Below the pieces are notes generated by a model. That model ran no database searches and was not told the DNA's origin. It saw nothing but the letters and a program-made list of their open reading frames with translations. The position numbers were made by a program, and so were the translations under genes. A DNA stretch of 64,000 nt, from NCBI GenBank assembly GCA_012295275.1, contig CM022670.1, forward strand, positions 2,976,001 through 3,040,000. The letters are read 5' to 3'. Below, piece after piece: positions 1 to 16,326 of this stretch. Source of the DNA: Chrysomallon squamiferum (taxonomy: Eukaryota > Animalia > Mollusca). Numbering within the stretch: the first letter of the stretch is position 1; the number at the start of each line of letters is the position of its first letter.

Positions 1-513
1 GGTAAAAGGAAAATAATGTATTTCAACTGATGGGTTGAACAAACAATCACCGAGTGTTTATATCGCCATTGTGTCACGTGTGTTTGGTCTTTCTTCAGGA
101 GTTCAATACGAAGTGAAATCTATCCTTCGTCTGGGTGTTGACAGTGTTTTCGCATATTACCAGTTTTAATACTCGCTGGTAATTTGCAGGCTTCTCAAAT
201 GCCTGATGACGGAAAACGTCTGCACAAACAATAGTGCAACGAAACTCGCGTGCATCACTGTTCATTTAAAGATGTCATCAAAAACATACATACGTCATTA
301 ACTTACTTGGTAAAACGAGATTTTAAATTATTTTAACAAGTCTAGTGATTTTTATTTGTTTTTGAGTAGCCATTAGTTAAACAAAACTCAGGCATAAACC
401 ATGTTCACTCAAGCAGTGCAGATAGCACGCTTTCCACATGTTTTGTTATTTAATTATTAATTTATTAATTTATTTATTCAATAAACAAATGAATAATTTC
501 TTCTTCTTCTTCT

Positions 514-567
<54 letters not shown>

Positions 568-2807
568 TAATAATAATAGTTTTTATTTTATTTTACCTTT
601 GACTAAGACCTAACCTTGGTTATGCCTGTGACGTCTGTAGACACTAATATTATAATTAAGGATACGATGATAAATCATCAGCCCTAACACTGCAGCATAA
701 ACCTGAATACCCACACTACTGCATTAACTTTTACAAATGTTTCATGTTTGAATAATATCTATGTTGTGAAAAAATATCAAAAAATAAAAAAATAAAAAAT
801 AAAATAAAATAAATAAATAAACAAATAAATGTCTTCTAAGAGATAAAGAACAAAAACACATTTTTTCCTTCCGACATAGATTATTGTAAGTAAAAGTAAA
901 ATGGAATAAATAAATAAATATTTAAATAAACAACTTACGTTAGCAGTTGGGACATTAGCAGAATTATACCGTGAAAAATATAAAATAAATGAATGAATTA
1001 ATTTAATTATTTGCTGTAAGAAAACAAAAACGAAACTAGTTTAATACTAAACAGAAACGGACCTTAAATAACACAGAACAAAACAAGGTAACAGTCTTGA
1101 AAATACTTTTATATCTGTCTACAGAAGACATATTTCTAGCTATGTAGTAAAGAAAGGGTGAACCAAAACCAGAACACAATATTCAGCTGCTGTCACGGAA
1201 ACAGACTTTCATATAAAAAATGATTAAGAATTCAGCCAAGTGAGAATTACGGGTTTCTATCATGTTTCCTGCAACACACGACTCAACAAAACATTCCTCG
1301 TTTTATTCGGTCTCTGCTCGGTCAGTTGCGTTGTGTTAAGTGTCACTGGCAGTCTCGCTTTTCCAGTACATTTATCTTTATATCTGTCTTCTCAAAGTCT
1401 CGACACGTCCCCGAGTTTTATGTGCATTTGACTCCAATTTAAAAGCACCACCATAAACGTTATACAGCCATTTCGAGAAACGCTTATAAACGAACGCTAA
1501 AGACTTGTGTTCAGATGTTCAAGTTCTGTAACGCACTGAGACAAATCTCTGGCTATTATAACGAAATCGTGTGCTTTCATGCCCCAGCTGGTGTTGGTAG
1601 TTAAGGAGAACATTGTCAGAGATATCGGGAAATGATCCGTGGTTGGTTAAATATATCATTTTGTATAGACAAGAAAAGGTATGGTTCTCCTTCTGAAATG
1701 CTGAATAGACACTGATTTGTTCTGAAATAAAATGCTATCGTTTTAACGATAATGAGTATCCGAGTAGCTAATCATCCTTTAATTTTACGAGTTCAGAAAA
1801 GACATTTACGATAAAATATGTTCTCTTCGTTCTAGCTATTGTTAGAGTGGAAATAGAGAGACTATTTGAAAAATTCAATGAAACTATGATATATATCTTG
1901 AATTTGGGTTTTGTAGATTTGTGATTAAATGTGTATTAATTTTTTCGTTTGCTTTGTTTATATTAAAATAAATATGAAAACGAATAATAAATATATAAAC
2001 AAATTGAAAAGTGATATTGATGATGATAACGATGACAATAAATAATGATGAAGAAATGATTTTGTTCAGTTTTTATTTCTACAGTTAAGAGTAATAAATA
2101 AATAAATAAATAAACAAAAGACGAAAGAATGAATGAAATAATCAAAGAGAAACAAACGTGAGAATCAGTAATAATAACTGTGAACAATTTACTAAACTAA
2201 AGAACAACAAACAAAACTGAAATCAGAATTTTACAGAATTACAAAAGGACAATGTTTAATAAGCGTGACCATTTTGTATTCATCACACTCCACAAGCGAA
2301 ACCGCAAATTCTTTTTCAACGATTAACAGTTGTTGGAACGCGGGGACTCCACAGTTTATACATTCGATAATACGAAACACAGTTATTATTTAAACAACGT
2401 CTACTATGTGTAAACTTCCACAATGCAGCGACAGACGTGCCTGTTCTCATGATGCTCTCTTTAACGAACTTACTTATTATCAACCTGTTACAAGTGATTA
2501 CGGTTTGCGCAATGTTTACGACACAAATTGTTTCTGTTGTATAACTTATATCGCCATTTAGTCGAAACAGCACGTTAATTTGCACCTTTGATTCAGATCG
2601 AGGTAACCCTTTGATCTGTCGCCACAGGTAGTGGTGAGATTTTCAGCGTCGAATGCTCGTTCCCAGTGCATACACAGGAAACAATGTCGTGTATTTGTAG
2701 GTCGACTTTCAGTTCTCACCTGCAATTACCTAAGAGGAAAAGTTAATTTGTTTAGTGTAATTTGAACGTCAGGTGTATCGTTTGACACAAAGGTAACATA
2801 TTCTAAA

Positions 2808-2842
2808 TAAAATATAATCATAATTTCATTATGTATGGAATC

Positions 2843-2909
<67 letters not shown>

Positions 2910-2958
2910 ATAAAATATAATCATAAAATATAATCATAATTTCATTATGTATGGAATC

Positions 2959-3056
<98 letters not shown>

Positions 3057-3066
3057 GTCTCTCTCA
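2808..3066. repeat. Tandem duplication of a 37-bp unique segment plus (CT)n
   Basis: TAAAATATAATCATAATTTCATTATGTATGGAATCGT occurs at 2808 and 2924, each copy followed by (CT)n. Confidence 0.9.
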
Positions 3067-3931
3067 GAAATCGATCAGTTTCGTTCATATAAAAACGAAT
3101 CTTGGAAAAACACTACCTTTCTAATGCCTGTCATTAGTCTAATACCCTGTCTCTTTCGTGCATTAGTAAACGTGTTATTGTAGCTTTCTACATCACGAAC
3201 CACCGATGAAGCTAATTTTATTCAGACACACGATGCAGCCTCCGCCATCATCGAGATACGTGACAGACTGTTTGCTTTAAATTTGTCAAATTACTTATGT
3301 GCGTCTCCTTATCACTTCTGATTCCTCAATCTGTCATTACTCTGTCTTCGGACAATTGACCACTGTCGTTGGCTCAATTGTCCACTACCTCTGCCTCCAT
3401 TGTCCATTAAGATGGTGACAAGAGACACGCCCTTGGAACAGCTCCGTGCCCTGGGACCGGATTAACTTGGTCACCGATTCTATTAACAGTGTCTGATACA
3501 CAGGCGCTGTAACGACATTAAAAAAAGGTATGAAAATATTGCTGGCTCGTTATGAGGGGATTGTGTTTGGAGGTTTGTCTGGAATATTTTGCGGTCACTG
3601 GACGAGAATAGGGAAACCAACAAACGCTATGAAGTTGACAGATGTCTGATGGAAACAAGGTGGACGGCTCAAATGTTCAGTTCATTGAAAATTTGGAAAC
3701 TTTTTTTAAGAAGAAACTTCAGCGATAACTTTAATTGTGTGTACAGAGTATCATGTTTGTGTCTTTCGTGGCTGTGTGCAAATATTATTTTAGTGAAAAT
3801 GTAACAATAAACAGCAGGAGAATGGACTTTCTCTATAATTTTCTGCTCTACTTCTTTATCGTAAAAACCTCAGAAATAACTATCATTATTTCTATCACTG
3901 CAACAGCCTATACGATATATATCTTCTCCCA

Positions 3932-4062
<131 letters not shown>

Positions 4063-4888
4063 TCTATCCATATATGTTTAATCATACGCTTAGAAAATTG
4101 ATACACAAACACGTATAATTAATTATATGTTATTTATTTTTCATTTGAACCAAAAAAACAAACAAAAAAACCCCCAAAACACAACACACACGTGCATTCA
4201 GGTGAAAACATATTCAAAACGGTTAAACCATTTTAATTAATTACATCACCTTTCTTATCTTTCTTTAACTGAAATAAGATATGCGTATTCAAATCACCAC
4301 CTGTTCTTCGTCATTGCTTTCCTGTACACGATTTAATAATCAAACATTTATAAACATAAGCTTTTCATTGCAATATAAATTTGTTACCCACACAATTTTC
4401 CACTGGTAAGCTCTTTGAACGAAACAAAATTTATGAGAACGCTCTGCCCTGAACTCTCACAAAACGAAGGCGAGAAACTTTTGATGGTGTAAGGGGAAAT
4501 TACTCTACTAAAATAAAACGTTTGTTCAGCGGACCGTTTAACAAGTTTACTTTCATTAAATTCACCTGCTGTGACAGCCCTTTGTTCATCCTCACTACAA
4601 ATACGTTATTCACATTTCCTCTTCGCAGATACCATTTAATAGATTCTTTACATTAAGATGGTAACACACAATAGCTGTACGGCTTTAACAGCACCTCGGT
4701 GTACTTGTGTGGATATGCTCCAGCGAAAGTGAATTTAATTTTTGCGAAATGAAACGGGTGCGTTTATTTTGTTGTTTAGGCCGTCTGGAGTTTAAAGTAC
4801 GAATTAAAATTCCAGACTGCCTGTCAGAATTATTTCCTGCAAAACTATGTGTAACGTACATATATAGATGCTGTATCTACATATATGC

Positions 4889-4989
4889 ATACATACATAC
4901 ATACATACATACATACATACATACATACATACATACATACATACATACATACATACATACATACATACATACATGCATACATACATACA

Positions 4990-5023
<34 letters not shown>

Positions 5024-5047
5024 CATACATATATACATACACATACA
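4889..5047. repeat. (ATAC)n microsatellite
   Basis: Direct reading. Confidence 0.95.
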
Positions 5048-5722
5048 TGCATAATCTACTTGGCCATCTTCCTTTTGAATCTGATCTTTTTAAACAACAT
5101 CAACTTTGTAAAATAAATAAATAATGACTAAATCTTGAATAATTATTATCGTTTCTCTTATTTTGAGCACGTTTCATTTATTTAACTCCGGCAATTTGTC
5201 TTTCTCGATTTCTCTTTATCAACACAACACTCGACTGTAAAATAAAAGGGTGGACATCGGTGAATCTTGTTCGCTAAACACACACACACCACGCAGTCTT
5301 ATAATAACGAAACAGGACCCTTGCGACGCTGTCCAATGTTTGCACACATCCAGACAACATTGCTTTGCACTGCACATTCCTTCGCCGTAATTTCTCATAC
5401 GTCGGCCACACAGTCACCACTGTCAACACGAAGTCCACGCTTTGGGCGACACGACTTGCAGTAATTGATGAAACACAGTAAGAAATAAAACATGTTAAGT
5501 ACTTCTTACCTGACGTTAACGAGGCTGTTGCTGGTGTTTGTTTGCTGTGGATGTAATAACATATGGATTTAGGTAAATAGTAAAAATGTCTCGAATGTTT
5601 TTTCCTCTTTTTTCTTTTTTTTTTACATCTTCTTCTTCGTATCAGTTAAGTTGTTAAAATTCGACTTTGACAGGATGGTGGAGTTTCCGAAGAATGGCTC
5701 TTCAATTCTGGTATAAGCGTAT

Positions 5723-5756
<34 letters not shown>

Positions 5757-7361
5757 AGAAGAAAAAAAAAACACCTAGAATGAAACATTTTCACAATGAT
5801 GGATTCTAAAATGATTGGAATGTTGGTATTTACAACTTCAACAACAACAACAAAGACAGCGACTACTACTACTACTACTACTTCTACTACTCTTACTGCT
5901 AGTAGTACTAGGACTAATGGCAATATTACTAGTTGTGCTACTATTTCTATTATTAGTACCATTCCTGCTGTTGCTGCTAATAATGATGATAATACTATAG
6001 TTACAACCTACAAGATCATTACAAACCTGTTTACCTCAAACTTTTAATATCACATTTTAATTTTACGACTTACACTTTCTAACAGACTACATTAACCAGC
6101 TGCCGATATCACCTCTTTAATTTAGACCTTCTTAAAACAGGACAACACATACCATGAAATTCGATATACCAATGCATCAGCACTAAAACAGTCAGTCTAC
6201 ACTCATTGGATAATTAATTAACCCTTGTTTCCATCACGCCTCAGTCAAGAATATTTTTTTATTCGGGCGACTAAGTTTTTTCTCATCTGGATAAATCCCT
6301 TCGGCTTAAGTCTTCAAGTCTTCAACATTGGTGCGGCTGTTGCAGTGACATTTATACAAGTTTAAGACCAACTCCTGAGCTAAATTTAACATGATCTATC
6401 AGTTAATGGGTTAAACTCTCTGCGAACAACGGGTCGGTCATGTAGAGATTAGCGCGATATCTTTATTAGAAATTAATGTGGGAATTTGGTCCGTTGTTCG
6501 TACGTATTTATCTAGATATATTAACTACGTGGATTTTCGGACCAGAATTAGTGATATCATTACTGCATTTTCTTTGCAATAAGCAATGTCATAGAAAGTG
6601 TAGTAAATTAATAAAGCTCGTATTAATACAGTTAATAATTATGACTAATGGTGCTTCTACTACTACTATTACTGTTACTTCTATTACTGCTACTATTACG
6701 ATTATCTCTCACAATAATAATATTATTAGTATTATATTATTATAACGATGTCACAACATCATCATCTTCATCTACGACGGCACCTTCAGTAGAAGAATTA
6801 ATACAGCAAGTCGTAGATGTAGTTAAAAATGAAAGGAAAAAATAGCAGAGGAGGCGTGCTGGTTTGTAAAATACATGAATATGAAAACTGACATCGAGGT
6901 CAAAAATGAAGTGATTCTGACAATTAACTTTAACACTTGAAAATGACAAGACAAAAAAACACCTTTTTATTATTTATAATAAATGAATTATTCATGATCG
7001 TATATATTTTACACGTATCTACAAAGACCCCCGGATAATGAATCACGGTCGACAAGATAAATGAGAGCCGTTTCGTGGGATTGTTTTAAATCTGACAAAC
7101 ACGTCTGGGGATAAAGGATTCGCCTGTTAAAACAACGCGAAGGCGGCGACAGTTTCCATTATTTTTAGTGTGAAACTGTGATATAAAAACCTGGGTGCGA
7201 CTCAGTAAACGGGAAACTGAATCCATTATTATAAAGTTAATAAATTAATAAAAAGAAACATGAATGAATATGGCTCGGTGCGCCTGCATCCGTTGGGCAA
7301 AATGACTGGTTGGATGGATGTTACTATTATTTTTCTGTTGTTGCTCTTCTTCTTCTTCTTC

Positions 7362-7362
<1 letters not shown>

Positions 7363-7422
<60 letters not shown>

Positions 7423-7565
7423 TTATTTTATTTTTATTATTATTTTTTATTATTTTTAATATTTTTTATTATTATTATTATTATTATTATTTTTTATTAT
7501 TATTTTTAATATTTATTATTATTATTTTAATTATTATTATTATAATTATTAACATTATTATTATT
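7363..7565. repeat. (ATT)n degenerate microsatellite
   Basis: Direct reading. Confidence 0.9.
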
Positions 7566-8462
7566 CAGACATCCAAATATTATTCATGAATATCAAAATA
7601 TTTACAAGGAAACACCTGTTCTCAAGAATCTATCCGACCATCTGCAAGGATTTCACTTTCACCAACATATTTTCAGTATTACTATCATATGAGGCTTATG
7701 ATTCTAGCGTTTCGGTGGGAGACTTTGTTGAATATTGGAGTTGTATATACATCAGTAACACTTTAGATCTTTGATATAGATATATACATCGAAACGTTCA
7801 TGGTTATTGATTGTTAGCATATGGAAAGAAACATTGTGGTAAACAGCTGTAAGGATGTATAGAAAATACTGGATTATAAACACCTACACACACCACCTGA
7901 TAACTGCCAGCCTACATATTTTTCGCAGAAGATTTTGTTTCATTTTGTGTTAAATAAAAGTGAAGATGCCACCCATCTTGTATATATAAATAGCGATAAA
8001 AGTAGCATAAACAGAAAAAACAAAAAATAATATAAAACGAATGTGCAGATCAAAAATGACACGAAACAGATGAAAACAGGAACAGATGAAATAGTGATAC
8101 GGACAGAAAGATATTTTTGCACGTGCACGTTATACAGGGTTACTATAAATAGTTTTATTCACGAATACTTATAATTAATCGCTTGTATGAAATAAATGGA
8201 TAGAATTAACAAACTTATAAATGGATAGAATTAATAAACTGTTGTCTGTGCTCAGCATTACAGAAGTTTTCAAAACTGATTCAAATATTTTAATTTTAAG
8301 TCTTTATAAAACAAAAGTAATTCAGCTGTAAAGATAAAACAAGTGACACCTTTAAAAACGAATTACAATAAACCTTCTGTACGTTTAGTCAACTTAACAC
8401 TATAAAACAGATTTTGTTCTCTAATGTAAAAATAATAAGGATGATGACTAATGATGATGATG

Positions 8463-8501
<39 letters not shown>

Positions 8502-10670
8502 CCCTCCTATCATTAACGAAAACATTACGAATACTTTTCTTTATTAAACATAATTTAATGTTATTGAATTTTATTCTATATGTATCCATAAATTATTTTT
8601 CATTATCCATAAAATATTGCTCTCCTAATAATTACGTGACTTCAGATAACTTCACATTACATTATTCATAGTAGGTATTATTAAGGTTTCCAGATGTTTG
8701 TATTTCTTCCAACATAAATCTATAGCATAAATTGATGTAATTGTGCATTACAATAAGTATCCTGTGCACTTTCAGTTAAGGCTTTCTTATTTTGTTTTAT
8801 TTCTTTCCTCGTAAGTTTGTAGCATGACGCCACGTTACTTCACATTGCAGTGTACCACCGTCTATTACAGTGTTTCTACACGCTATCACGCTTCAGTATT
8901 ATGTGTGACTATTGAAGCGCGGTGGATTAACTTTTAAAGCAAACCACGGGAGGTAAATCACTACACAAACAACACATAATCGGAAAAGTCAAACGTACAT
9001 TGGTTTATCAGCTTAGGGCTCCTTAATATGGATTTAGTCTGCATACAGAACACTTCGGATCAAAGCCGTGATTAATAGGGCTCTTGGCCCTGGTATCAAT
9101 TCCCCCACCGTCAGTGTTTGCCCTGCCCTGCTGCACCTGCTCGGCGACAATTCGAGCTGTTTGACCAGCACGGCCCGTGTGCGACCTCTCACCCAGGAAA
9201 GTCGGGGAAGAGAAAAGATCTTCTGTGGCTGGGAGCAAACATCTACTTGTTAGAAATGTGGAATTTCTATGGTGATGGCTGTTGTTGTTAAATATCCTTG
9301 TATAACACTTGAAAGATGATAGATGTGACAGGCGTATTGGACACGGGCTTCATTCTGTGATGATTAACTGAAATTTTATGCATTTATTGATTGGCGTTTG
9401 ATACATGGTTTGTAAAATATGATGATGTATTATGAATATAAATTACATCTATTGACTGACTTTTTGTTTTACTTGTAAAATGTAATGATGTTTTTCGTAC
9501 AGAAATTATATAATTTAAGATGACAGAAGGATTTATGTGGAATTATTGAAAATGCTTGAAAGAAGAAAGCTATAGGCAGGCAGTGATGTGATTATTTATA
9601 TAACAGGAACAACAACAACAACAAAACAACAATAATGGTAATAATAACAAACACAAAAAAAAAAAAAATTAAAATATAAAAAAAACGAAAGAAATAAAGT
9701 ACACAAAGAAAATACTAAAATGAATGTAAAAGAAAGTATTTAAAACAAATTAATCATATCTTTTATACTATCTTTAATTTTAAAATTATTCGTTACTTCA
9801 CAAATATAACCTGAAATAGCAAGACGTATACACTACAGCCAAATCTGCGCTATAATTTACATAAAACATATTTCACATACCATCATAAAAAAATAGACTT
9901 TGAAATAAACCGAAAATAGATAAACTGCAACAATTACCTAAAACACGAAACCACAATTATCTTAAACATGATACAAAAAAACAGAAACCTTTAAAGTCGC
10001 AGCAAAGACGCATACCGAAGCTAAAACGACTACAATTATAATTATGGCGAGTGCAGTTTTATGCCCAATCAAAGGTATTTGCACGGTATGTTGATGTGCA
10101 GTTGACTTATCCGTGACATCCACCCATTGTTCATCCGCCTCTGAAGTAGCAACAAGACAAAGCGAAAACACAGCAAAGCAGGACTGCCGAGATTGGCAGA
10201 TAATCGCATGGAACAACACCTTACAACGGGCAGGTTCTGTATTCTGTCAATACGGATGAAAGCGATCTTTTTGTACTGTCATTTATGTTTACATATGTCT
10301 GAAGCAGGATTTTTTCCCTGTAACGGTTTTAAAGAAAAAAAGAAAAAAAAAAAAGAAAAAAAAAAAAAATCCCAGGTTCATTTAGCTTAGGACAAGATTT
10401 TTCTGTCTCTCGTTATAGGAAAATCTTAATCAGATAACGTTGAACTCTTCTTTAAATAGCATGGTTCCTATCATCTTGTGAAGCTCAAGAGACTGAGGAA
10501 TGGTCTGAGAAATAAACATTATTATGAATTGTATTTTTTTTTTTTTCTTGGAGAGAATGTTATGTCCTAGATTTTATCATAATGTCTTGGTAATGAACAA
10601 GATGTGACAACTTCAGCCTTTGTCTGTATGTCTGTCTGTCTGGCTGTCTCTCTGTCTCTCTTTCTCTCTG

Positions 10671-10715
<45 letters not shown>

Positions 10716-11771
10716 GTATGATGAGCATGTATGTATGTATAATTCAAACTAATCTTTATTGTTTAAATTAGATTAGGTTTAAATATCTTTCTTTATCTGA
10801 GAACATAATATAACACAGCCTCTCTGTGCCAATAAGCAAAATAATTATTTGTCGTTGTAATAAACATTACTATCAACTTGTCGCCTTCACTAACTACTAT
10901 ACCTCAACGTCCTACACAACAGTGCTATTTCTAACGTCCTACTGCTCCTACATTTTCTGCTTTTGCTGTTATTCTTTTGTTACTACTAGCTATTACTATA
11001 ATTACTATTACTACTGCTACCACCATTTTACTCATTTGGAATCATTATTCGTCAGCTCATGGAAGCCACAAAGTCGATAACCCAAATTTCTTTCAGTGAG
11101 AAGAGCTAATATATTACGTTTCGTAATAGATCAGCTGCTCAAACACAACCGAGTGAATGCAAATCACGCTAAATCAGCTGAACTATTGTAAATAAACACA
11201 GACTGTTGTTCTATTTCGACAGTGTTGTGATACATTCCTTCCGAGCAGATTACTTTATTTAAGAAACATTTCTTATGTCACCTCACTCGCTCTTTAACAC
11301 CTAACCTATTGAGACATTCAAAACGAATCCGTTGTAAATACGTCAAATTCTCACAGAACCCATAAAACTAATTTTCATGTTGAACCAGAAATAATTATTA
11401 GCTTTACTGTATTCGTGAGGTTTCTACCTTCTTAAAAGGTATCCTTTTGTACACGGAATTAGTGGAAGCATGCTATATGGATTGGACATTCTCTTTTCAA
11501 TGGCTACGCCTCCAAGAGCCATGATTTGAAATTATTTGTCGTCTGAACGAGAAGTGAATGCTCACAATGAAGGCAGCGCAGGTCGATTGTCCCTGCAAAT
11601 GAGACTCATGACTCGCTGAATGGCTGGCACTATTTGACTGGTCACAAATGTTTTGGGTATTAAGGAAGAGATTTGTAGCTTGTTAGGAAATATGAATCAA
11701 CTCCGTGCGTGCCCGTGAGAGGCAGAAAGAGTTTAGCGTCTGAGAAACTCGAGTAAGATAAGGAGAGAGAA

Positions 11772-12341
<570 letters not shown>

Positions 12342-12818
12342 GCATGGACACAAGTAAACATTTTAAAGAAGAGACAAACAGCCAGGAAGTGCGAAAAGCT
12401 GGGAATCGCACATGAATATGCAGCCTGAGAAGTAGGGAAGAAAGAACGAAAGAAAGAAAGGAGAGTGAAAAAAGCAAGTGACACTTGAGGAAAAAGGAAA
12501 TTTCGAACAGCTAAAGAGATACACAGACACGGAGAAAGGCTTTGTGACAATTTCAGTACAACAGACACACACAGTTAATCCCCAGGCAAACGATTCAGCA
12601 AAAAGAACAAATTCTTCACCCTCGCTGAACATTTGTCTACACAAACATTTTTAGAATTCAGATTTCTATTATAAACACCGACACAAGGAAATACGATAAC
12701 ATAGCAAATAAGTACTTCCGTGGAGTATTAAATATGGATGATACAGGCCTATATTTATTATTGTAACAAAACTGTATCTAGCTATTTTACTTACTTATTA
12801 ACTATCCAGATAAACAAA

Positions 12819-12885
<67 letters not shown>

Positions 12886-13342
12886 AAGTGATAAGTAATT
12901 ATAATAATGATGATAATGATAGTGATCATGATAACATCCTAAACTACCAGTTTATACGAAGAATATATTTAATCTCAAACAATTATTATGATATATAATT
13001 TTGTTGTTAATATATATGTATATATGTCCTTTTGGTGGATTGGAAACCGATTATAGGATATATAAACTTTATGTTACTTTATTAAGCTATTTATTTTTTA
13101 ATTTTATCATTTTCAATTTTCAATTTTTATTAAGAGAATACTGAAAATAACCAGCTTAGAGGAAGTCCCTGTAATTTGACTCTTAAATTTACCATATATC
13201 ATCAACACCGAATTAAAATATCCAAAACTACTAGATAATAGTTAGGCATAAAAACAAATTATTATTCATTATCTACAATAAAACCTATGAACTGAATTTT
13301 ATTACATGTTTATTCCAGGTCCTATAACACAAATAATATCCA

Positions 13343-13419
<77 letters not shown>

Positions 13420-14069
13420 CGTAAACAGAATTTCGGAAACAGCAGGATTACATGAACAAAATTAATAATAATAAAAATAAATTGAAAATAAATAAATAAA
13501 ACAAATGAAAAATAGGATCACCAAAAAAAAAAAAAAAACCAATAATGTTGTTCCCGTTTACAATTACTATACATCAAATCTCATTTACTCCGCTGTTACA
13601 CTTTACCACACAGAGAACAATTAATCTCTGACTGAGAGTCAATCCTTCAGTTTGTCACTGTCAGGTAAACACGGCAAAACTCAGTTTTATCTATCCAAGC
13701 AGAATTCATCACTGTCTTTGCACTCGTGACTAGCCGACCAGCGTCATACCTACATAACCTGGCTTCGTACGCGTTCAGACTACACCTACGTCTACGTCAT
13801 TAGTCTTGTGTCTCGCACTTGCTCACTTTATCTATCCGTCACGCAGTTTCAAAAGCGTGCCTAGCTTGCTAGAGAAGAAAACTGAACAAAACAAATATCG
13901 CCGGAGATAGAGAAATGGGATTTTTGAAAAGGGGAAGAAAAGATGTTTGGTCAAGGAGTAGTAAATTATTGTTTGATTTTGTTTGTTACCAGGTGTCAAA
14001 TGTATGGTAGATAATATCGCTGACTTGATGAAGTATTGAAGCAGCTGAGGCATGCTAGTGTCGTTGCTT

Positions 14070-14202
14070 TTATTATTATTATTTTCATTATTATTATTGT
14101 TATTATTGTTATTGTTGTTGTTGTTGTTGTTGTTATTGTTGTAACTATATATATATATATATATATGTAGAGAGAGAGACAGAGAGAGACAGAAAGAGAG
14201 AC

Positions 14203-14290
<88 letters not shown>
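14070..14290. repeat. Compound (TTA/TTG)n-(AT)n-(GA)n microsatellite
   Basis: Direct reading. Confidence 0.9.
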
Positions 14291-14293
<3 letters not shown>

Positions 14294-15807
14294 GAGATTC
14301 TTCATTTATGTAATTCAGTGAATTAGTCACTCATTTTATCATTTCTTTTTCCTGTCCTACCAAGCTTGAAAATATGCATTTACATATTAAACAAATGTTA
14401 TATATATTAATCATTTTCCCTCGATAATATTATTATACGATTGGTTTAACCAAAAGCAATGACATGTATTTTCTGTATCAAAACAGCTGTGCGTAAAAGA
14501 TGTCTTGCTGCTAGCTGTTGTAGGCGGATTTTGTCTATAATAATAATTACCACATATACATAAATAAAAAATTAAAATAATAAACATTATGACACATAAC
14601 AATACTGATGTGTGTTGTGTTGAATATTCTATCATTATTAAATAATGGAGTTTCTACTTCGAAATCATGTCTCCCTTTACTTATTCTAACAGTCTGTTAC
14701 TATTATACAATTTATTTTGATAAATTACGTTCAGTTACAACAGCCAGTCCCCGCATCATTAACACTCCTATACGTTCGTTTACCATGGGTTAAAACCTAG
14801 CCATTTCCAGTACTGATTCCCTAAGCAGATAGCTATGACAGTTCACATATATATATTTGTAAATAAGCACGAAGACAGTTGAACAGTATTGGTTTAGACA
14901 GCGTTAAATAACAAGATTACAAATTCACACGTTTCTGGTAAACTAACAAGTCACACAAATAGATACTTAATAACAGGTGCCTGAGACACTTCATAAAAAC
15001 AAGTCATGAAGTATCCACAAACAATGTAGCACTGGCGAAATATGTCTGTGTCATTGTGGCTAACGTTCAATAACCAATTTGACAACCGCAATCACTTGTG
15101 CTCGTATCGCACACGAAATCATCTGATCCAGTGAACGATAAAGCGGGGTCAGACTTACAAAACAAACCCCGCAAAACAGAACGGGAAGGAAAAATCGTCA
15201 TCTATAATAATAAGAAAAAGAATACAGTCGCAGGTACCCTGAAGCGTATACACGATCAACGGATTACTCTTGGCTTGTAACAAACCTTCATTGTCTTCAT
15301 AACCTTCGTGGATCAAACAGACATATTTATGCTTCAGTTAAGCTGAACAGAGCCATCGAAGAGCGACTGGCAGATTTATTCGCGTGCACCCCGAGCTCTT
15401 CCTACCCGAGGATAATCCGCTGTAGATTAATGAGGCGTCACCCTCTGCCCTGGGGTGAGACAACACCAGTCTGTGAGGTAGCGGGTTCCTTAAAACAAGT
15501 ACTTCAGCACGGATTACCTCTGTCTTCTGGAAACTTGCCCTGACATAGGTTATAGATGAAAGATAACAAAAACATAACAGCATCAATTAGCTCTGTGTGT
15601 TTAATGTGCTTTTCTTATATGATCAAAGAAGGTTAAAGGTACAAGATTATTGAATAATATTCCTTCCGGCATATGACGATATGTTCATTAATAATTAATA
15701 AAAATAATGGACAGTTAAAATATGTCTGTATTAAAAGCAATGAATTATATCTTTATTCTGTATGATTATTTATGTATACAAATAAAATTATGTAGATGAC
15801 TAAATAA

Positions 15808-15851
<44 letters not shown>

Positions 15852-16326
15852 AATTAAAAATACAGAATAAAAAGTTATATTCAGTCACTTAGGAATATTC
15901 GTTGTTATGCAGATATATTTATAAATAATTATTTTCATGGCAGATAACACAACCACATGGTTTAAAGTTTTCATCTAATTGCTATCTGTCTCTGGTTCAC
16001 AGAAACAAGCGCCTTATAAATAAATAAATAAATAAATAAATAAAATGAAAACAGATAGATAGATAGATAGATAGATAGATCAGATAGATAGATAGACAGA
16101 TAGAGAGAGAGATAAATAGTTAAAGAAAGAGACAGAGGGACAGAGAGAAAAGCATATAAATTATTGAAATGAATACAGAAGTAAAAAAGAATTTGAATAA
16201 AAGAACGAACGAAAGAACAGACGAATAATCTTATTAACAGAAAAACAAAACAAAAATAAATGTTTATGATAGTTATTTATATTGTTTTCATAAATAAAAA
16301 TAAAAAGATATATATATATAAATATA

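Noticed and set aside
186-250. CTGATGA ... GAAAC, hammerhead-ribozyme-like words
   Set aside because: Stem II does not close between CTGATGA and GAAA, and there is no matching stem III or cleavage triplet.
15474-15520. TGAGGTAG (let-7 seed) with a downstream TTACCTC complement
   Set aside because: Only the first 8 nt match let-7 contiguously and only about 7 bp pair, so it is not a pre-miRNA hairpin.
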